Positions 58,864 to 64,000 of a DNA stretch of 64,000 bases are shown in pieces (position 1 is the first letter of the stretch; each line of letters begins with the position of its first letter). The translations under genes were made by a program, and so were the position numbers. Under the pieces are notes generated by a model, which saw only the letters and a list, made by a program, of their open reading frames with translations, did no database searches and was not told where the DNA came from. The DNA lies in NCBI GenBank assembly GCA_965219085.1, contig OZ244720.1:96001-160000 (forward strand), in the 5' to 3' direction. Source of the DNA: Dehalococcoidia bacterium. Its GTDB lineage: Bacteria > Chloroflexota > Dehalococcoidia > UBA2979.

Positions 58864-60612
58864 GTGACCGACGCAGTAGCGCTGCACACCATCTTCGAGC
58901 CCGACCAGATCTTCGAGGCGCCTCTCTTCCAGCGCCGTTACCGGTGGTCCCCCACGGGATCTCGGCGCGAGTTGGCCCGGTTCTGGGACGACATTAGCGA
59001 CCTAGAGAATGAGACCACTGAATCCTTGTTCCTCGGCGCGATCATCACGAAGCCATCGCAACCGAGCTCGACGACCAGGGCTGCGCGGTTCTCACTGATC
59101 GATGGACAGCAGCGGCTCACTACCATCTTCTTAACGATACTGGCTGCCGCAGTCGAACTACTAGAACGAGGTTACGAAACGGATAGTGAGCGTCTGATCT
59201 CAAGCTACCTAGGGATCGCGAACCGGAGAGAAGACCGCGCCCTCCCAAAGATGATCGTTACTACACCTGATGTTGCCGAATACGCGGCCTTAATTCGAAA
59301 TGCTAAGAGCCAGAATATCCGCTTCGGTACGTTGCAACCGCACCGCCAAGGATTAATGACGAGATGTTTTGACTACGCGCGCCTTCAGATCAAAAATCGC
59401 ATCGTAAACAAAGCACCAGAGATCACCGACTCAGAGGCGATTCTCAATCTGATCGACCTAATTCTTGCGAAGGCCGAGCTCGTAGAAATCCAATTGGAGC
59501 CCAGACACGATCCCAGTGAAGTCTTTGATCGGCTCAACCGTGAAGGAGCTCCGCTCACTGTTGCCGACCTGGTCCGGAATCATGTCTTTGGGAAACTCTC
59601 GGGGAACCGGGTGCTCGCGCAGAACATACACTCGCAGCTATGGGAACCTTTCGAGCAACGTCTTGATGACGCTATAGATAACTATTTCTTTCCGTTCGCC
59701 CTCATACGCGATCCGCAAACTACAAAGTCGCGCTCAATGAACGCCCTCGAGCAGTATTGGAACGATCTCAATCGCGAAGAGGCCGATCACGAGCAGCAGA
59801 TTAAGAACATCGTTGACGATATCGAACTATTCGTCCCTGCGTTCCTGTGCCTGACGGCGGGCCGCGACTACGCTGGCCTCCCACGCGATGTGGCCGCGGT
59901 AGCACGGCGGCTTTACCGAATGAATCCGCCGTCAGTGATCCTTCCGTTCCCGATGCGTGTGCTGGAGGCTGCGGCCTCAGGTGAACTGGACCTTGAACAA
60001 GCAGCCGAATCATTAACGATTGTCGAAGCGTTCTTGGTTCGACGGGCGTTTGTCGGCCTGGAGCCGACAGGGCTGCACACAGTGTTCAAAGTCCTTTGGG
60101 ATCGATCAGCAGGAGCTGACCCAGCGAAGGTCCGCAAGGAACTCGAAGCTCGGAGCATGCGGTTCCCAGGGGACGATATCGTGCGTTCAAACATCATGCG
60201 GGAACCTCTATACGGCCGACGGCTCTGTCATTACATCATGGAAGAATACGAGGTTTCTTTGCGAAGAGGTGATCGGCTAAGCGCCACGCAACTGTCTGGG
60301 TTCACCATCGACCACGTAGCTCCACAGAGCCTCAAAGGGGAATGGGCTGACGTCTTCCGTGACGCCGAGGAAAAGCTCATCGGTAGCTGGGGCAACTTGG
60401 TTCCGCTCTCGCAGGCTGCCAACTCGACGAAGAGCACAATGTCTTGGTCGGACGCGCAAGACCTGCTGCGCAGAGATACGATCTATAAGTCGACGATGAC
60501 GATCTACGAAGACTACGAACAATGGACGCCAAGCGAAATCGAGGACCGTAACCGCGAGCTAGCTGAATGGGCCATAGGGCAGTGGCCTTCCTTCAGTCAT
60601 CACCTACCCTAG
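58864..60612 (+). CDS. DUF262 + DUF1524 (GmrSD-like type IV restriction) protein
   Basis: P.FQR.Y.W, IDGQQRLTT, F..LN..G..L, C-terminal IDHVAPQ...GNLV.L...N; lower GC. Confidence 0.9.
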   Translation: MTDAVALHTIFEPDQIFEAPLFQRRYRWSPTGSRRELARFWDDISDLENETTESLFLGAIITKPSQPSSTTRAARFSLIDGQQRLTTIFLTILAAAVELLERGYETDSERLISSYLGIANRREDRALPKMIVTTPDVAEYAALIRNAKSQNIRFGTLQPHRQGLMTRCFDYARLQIKNRIVNKAPEITDSEAILNLIDLILAKAELVEIQLEPRHDPSEVFDRLNREGAPLTVADLVRNHVFGKLSGNRVLAQNIHSQLWEPFEQRLDDAIDNYFFPFALIRDPQTTKSRSMNALEQYWNDLNREEADHEQQIKNIVDDIELFVPAFLCLTAGRDYAGLPRDVAAVARRLYRMNPPSVILPFPMRVLEAAASGELDLEQAAESLTIVEAFLVRRAFVGLEPTGLHTVFKVLWDRSAGADPAKVRKELEARSMRFPGDDIVRSNIMREPLYGRRLCHYIMEEYEVSLRRGDRLSATQLSGFTIDHVAPQSLKGEWADVFRDAEEKLIGSWGNLVPLSQAANSTKSTMSWSDAQDLLRRDTIYKSTMTIYEDYEQWTPSEIEDRNRELAEWAIGQWPSFSHHLP

Positions 60613-60616
60613 TCCC

Positions 60617-61684
60617 ATGCTCGAACGTATTGCCGAGATCGAAGCGCGGTTCGAGGAGCTCACGGCGCTCCTCGCCGACCCGGAGGTGATGTCCGACCAC
60701 CGCCGCATGGCCGAAATCGCCCGCGAACGCTCCCACCTCGAACGCACCGTCGACCTCGGCCGTCGCTTCCGCGACACCCGCGAGGCCCTCGACGACGCGC
60801 ACGACCTCCTGCGCTCCAACGACGAGGACGAGCGCGAGCTCGCCCGCGAGGAGGAGGAGCGGCTGTCACCTCTGTTCGCGCAGCTCGAGGAGGACCTGAA
60901 GGTCGCCCTGCTGCCTCGCGACCCCGCCGACGAGAAGGACGCCATCGTTGAGATCCGCGGCGGCGCCGGCGGCGACGAGGCCGCCCTGTTCGCCGCCGAC
61001 CTGTTCCGCATGTACTCGCGCTACGCGGAGCGCCAGGGCTGGCGGCTGGAGGTGCTCAACACCTCGGAGTCCGGCCCCGGCGGATACCGCGAGATCACGT
61101 TCGAGGTGAGCGGTCAGGACGCGTATCGACGCATGAAGCACGAGTCCGGCGTCCACCGCGTGCAGCGCGTGCCCGAGACCGAGTCGCAGGGGCGCATCCA
61201 CACCTCGACGGCTACGGTCGCCGTCCTGCCCGAGGTCGACGAGGTCGAGGTCGACATCGACTGGTCCGAGGTGCGGATCGACATCTTCCACGCGAGCAGC
61301 GCGGGCGGCCAGAACGTGAACAAGGTGGCCACGGCCGTGCGCTTCACGCACGAGCCGACGGGCACCGTCGTGATCTGCCAGGACGAGCGCTCGCAGGCCA
61401 AGAACCGCGCGAAGGCGGCAAGCGTGCTGCGCGCGCGCCTCTACGAGCTCGAGCGCGCGAAGGCCGACGCCGAGGTCGCCGACGCCCGCCGTACGCAGGT
61501 CGGCACCGGGGACCGCTCGGAGAAGATCCGCACCTACAATTTCCCGCAGGACCGCGTCACCGACCATCGCGTAAATGTCACGCTGCACAGCCTCCCGCGC
61601 ATCCTCGACGGCGAGATCGAGGCCCTCATCGACGCCGTCCAGCTCGATGAGCAGTCGCGCCTCCTCGCCGCCACCGCCGGCTAG
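60617..61684 (+). CDS. prfA: Peptide chain release factor 1
   Basis: HRVQRVPETE (PxT), GGQNVNK, IRTYNFPQ.RVTDHR. Confidence 0.97.
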   Translation: MLERIAEIEARFEELTALLADPEVMSDHRRMAEIARERSHLERTVDLGRRFRDTREALDDAHDLLRSNDEDERELAREEEERLSPLFAQLEEDLKVALLPRDPADEKDAIVEIRGGAGGDEAALFAADLFRMYSRYAERQGWRLEVLNTSESGPGGYREITFEVSGQDAYRRMKHESGVHRVQRVPETESQGRIHTSTATVAVLPEVDEVEVDIDWSEVRIDIFHASSAGGQNVNKVATAVRFTHEPTGTVVICQDERSQAKNRAKAASVLRARLYELERAKADAEVADARRTQVGTGDRSEKIRTYNFPQDRVTDHRVNVTLHSLPRILDGEIEALIDAVQLDEQSRLLAATAG

Positions 61685-61698
61685 CCACCCTCGACGTC

Positions 61699-62598
61699 GT
61701 GACCAGCAGCAGCGAGCCCGTCCCGTCGCTCAGTGAGCGGCTGCACGCGGCCGCCTCCGACCTGCTCGATCGAGGCGCCTCCGGCGACCTCGACGAGGCG
61801 CGACTCGAAGTCGAGCTGTTATACGGCGAGGCCGCTGGGTTGACGCGCGTGCAGGTCATCGCCGCGTCGCGTGAGCCCGCCGACGTTGCGCACCTCGCGG
61901 CGTTCGAAACGCTGCTGGAGCGCCGCCGCGAGCGCGAGCCGCTCGCGTACATCCTCGGGCGACGCGAGTTCTACGGGCTGACGTTCGAGGTCGGCCCCGG
62001 CGCGCTCATCCCGCGCCCGGAGACCGAGACGCTGGTGGAGGCGACGCTGGCGGCGATCCGCGCGCACCCCAACGCGCGCCGCCTCGTGCGCGTCGCCGAC
62101 GCGGGCACGGGCAGCGGCGCGGTCGCGCTCGCCGTCGCGCGGCACGCCCCGCAGGCGAAGGTCTTCGCCACCGACGCGTCGACCGAGGCGCTGGCGTGGG
62201 CGGGCCGCAACCGCACGCGCTTCGGACTGCTCGACCGCGTGGTGCTGCTCACCGGCGACCTCCTCGAACCCATCGGCGAGCCGCTCGACGTGGTCGCCGC
62301 GAACCTGCCGTACATCCCCACCGATGAGTTCGAGCGCCTCCCCGCAGAGATCCGCGCCGCCGAGCCCCGTCTCGCCGTCGACGGCGGTGAGACAGGCGTG
62401 GATGTCATCCGCGCGTTCGTCGACCAGCTCCCGGACCACGTCGCCGAGGGCCCCGTCGCCGTGCTGCTCGAGCTCGGCGGCGGCCAGTCCGGCCTTGTCG
62501 GCGACTGGGTGACGGCGGCGCTGGGTGGCGGGGAGACTGAGGTGCATCGCGACCTGGCGGGGAACCGGCGGGTGCTGGAGGTGCGGCGAGGGTATTGA
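61699..62598 (+). CDS. prmC: Release factor glutamine methyltransferase
   Basis: EPLAYILG, LIPRPETE, D.GTGSG, ANLPY; follows prfA. Confidence 0.95.
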   Translation: MTSSSEPVPSLSERLHAAASDLLDRGASGDLDEARLEVELLYGEAAGLTRVQVIAASREPADVAHLAAFETLLERRREREPLAYILGRREFYGLTFEVGPGALIPRPETETLVEATLAAIRAHPNARRLVRVADAGTGSGAVALAVARHAPQAKVFATDASTEALAWAGRNRTRFGLLDRVVLLTGDLLEPIGEPLDVVAANLPYIPTDEFERLPAEIRAAEPRLAVDGGETGVDVIRAFVDQLPDHVAEGPVAVLLELGGGQSGLVGDWVTAALGGGETEVHRDLAGNRRVLEVRRGY

Positions 62599-62615
62599 GT
62601 ACCCGGAAACTGCAA

Positions 62616-63593
62616 CTAGGAGCGGCGCTCGACCACGAACTCGGCGAGGCGCTCCAGGGTGTGGCGCGGCTCACCGCCCGGCAGCGCGTCGAGGGCCTTG
62701 ACTGCCTCTCTGGCAAAGCGACGACCCGTCTCGAGCGACTCCTCGAGGAGCCCGGACGCGCGGATCTCCTCGATCGCGCGCTGCAGGTTGGCGCGCCTGC
62801 GCACGCCGTCGAACGCGCGGCGGATCGGATTGTCGTCGGGGTAGCGCTCCATGTACAGCAGCGCCGGCAGCGTGAGCGTGCCGGCGAGGAGGTCCGAGCC
62901 GACCGGCTTGCCGAGCTCCTCGGACGTGGCGCTGAAGTCGAGCACGTCGTCGACGATCTGAAACGCCATGCCGAGCTGCGCGCCGTAGCGGCGCGCGGCC
63001 TCGACGTGGGGCTCGGGCGCGCCGCAGACGATCGCGCCGCCCTCGCTCGCGGTCGCGAAGAGGGAGGCGGTCTTGCCGTAGATGCGGTCGAGGTAGCGCT
63101 GCACGTCGCGCGAGTACTCGTAGGCGGAAACGTCCTGGCTGAGTTCGCCGGTCGCCATCACGCGCAGCGTGTCGGCGAAGTTGCGGATCACGCGGATGTT
63201 GCCCGTGCGCGCCACGAACTCCGCAGCGTGCGCGAACATGTAGTCGCCCAGCATCACGCTCGGCGCGTTGTTGAACTGCGACGCCGCCGTCGGGCGGCCG
63301 CGACGCTCCTCGGCCATGTCGATCACGTCGTCGTGGACGAGCGTCGCCGTGTGCAGTAGCTCGACGCTCGCGGCCATCGGCACGAGCAGGTCAAGGTCGT
63401 AGCTGCCGAGGCGACCCGCGAGCAGGCTCACCGCGGGTCGCATACGCTTCCCGCTCCCGCCGAGCGCCGCCTCGAGCATCTCGCGCAGCCACGGGAAGTC
63501 GACGTCGTAGAGCGAGGCGAGCAGTTCGTCGACGGCCGGCAGGTCGTCGGCGACGGGGCCGTACAGCGCGAACTGATCGACGCGCGTCGTCAC
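62616..63593 (-). CDS. Polyprenyl diphosphate synthase
   Basis: GKRMRP, LVHDDVID...RRG, FQIVDDVLD. Confidence 0.93.
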   Translation of the reverse strand: MTTRVDQFALYGPVADDLPAVDELLASLYDVDFPWLREMLEAALGGSGKRMRPAVSLLAGRLGSYDLDLLVPMAASVELLHTATLVHDDVIDMAEERRGRPTAASQFNNAPSVMLGDYMFAHAAEFVARTGNIRVIRNFADTLRVMATGELSQDVSAYEYSRDVQRYLDRIYGKTASLFATASEGGAIVCGAPEPHVEAARRYGAQLGMAFQIVDDVLDFSATSEELGKPVGSDLLAGTLTLPALLYMERYPDDNPIRRAFDGVRRRANLQRAIEEIRASGLLEESLETGRRFAREAVKALDALPGGEPRHTLERLAEFVVERRS

Positions 63594-64000
63594 GATGGCA
63601 ACTCGAAGCTGAAGAGGCGCGCGGCGTTCTCCGCCGTGACGCGCGAGATGTGCTCCGGCGTGTCGCCGCGCAGCTGGGCGACGAACGCGATGGTCTCGAG
63701 GATGTAGGCTGGCTCGTTGCGGCTGCCGAGGTTCGACTGCGGCGTCAGCGCCGGAGCGTCGGTCTCCACGAGCAGCGACTCGAGCGGCGCGGTGCGGGCC
63801 ACGTCCTGGCGACGCGTGGCGCCGGGGTACGTGACGGGGCCGGGGATCGAAAGCAGGAAGCCGAGCGCGCGGTAGCGCTCGCCGAGCTCGGTGTCGCCGG
63901 CGTAGCAGTGCATCATCCCGATCTCGCGGTCCGGCCCGAGGTAGCGCCCGACGCGGCCCGCCCACTCGGCGATGACCTCGTAGGCCTCCTCGTCGGCGTC
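63590..64000 (-). CDS. tatD: TatD family hydrolase (5' end outside window)
   Basis: MHCY.G, LLVETDAP.L.P, RNEP, T.ENA.RLF. Confidence 0.88.
   Translation of the reverse strand, partial: DADEEAYEVIAEWAGRVGRYLGPDREIGMMHCYAGDTELGERYRALGFLLSIPGPVTYPGATRRQDVARTAPLESLLVETDAPALTPQSNLGSRNEPAYILETIAFVAQLRGDTPEHISRVTAENAARLFSFELPS

Overview
GC-rich bacterial window. Gene content suggests Chloroflexota (class Dehalococcoidia-like), possibly host- or sponge-associated; this is inferred from the SwmB/LRR/cadherin giant protein, Fn3 lipoprotein, PAC2 and MaoC/DUF35 genes. The core backbone holds crcB, a zinc ADH, pcp, a 5'-3' exonuclease, a PyrR-attenuated pyrimidine cluster (pyrR-pyrB-pyrC-carA-GNAT-2H-like-carB-HAD-chrA-pyrK ... 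pyrD), mrp, a cyclophilin, comM, rel, hisS, prfA-prmC, a polyprenyl synthase, a partial tatD and three tRNAs (Asn, Pro, Arg). Accessory DNA is interspersed: a HEPN-motif gene next to tRNA-Asn, a 2220-aa modular surface protein, two toxin-antitoxin pairs, a GmrSD-like DUF262/DUF1524 gene, and a decayed island beside tRNA-Arg (IS3-disrupted MMPL pseudogene, M16 protease, recombinase remnant). The most striking unexplained pattern is two integrase-free single-gene cassettes encoding related exported proteins. Each is bracketed by a diverged, largely synonymously recoded duplicate of a neighbouring host gene's terminus (the crcB promoter plus 5' end; the pcp 3' end). Also notable are a 47-bp perfect palindrome, a candidate pseudoknotted leader RNA and recurrent leaderless promoters. 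All alignments and counts were done by eye.
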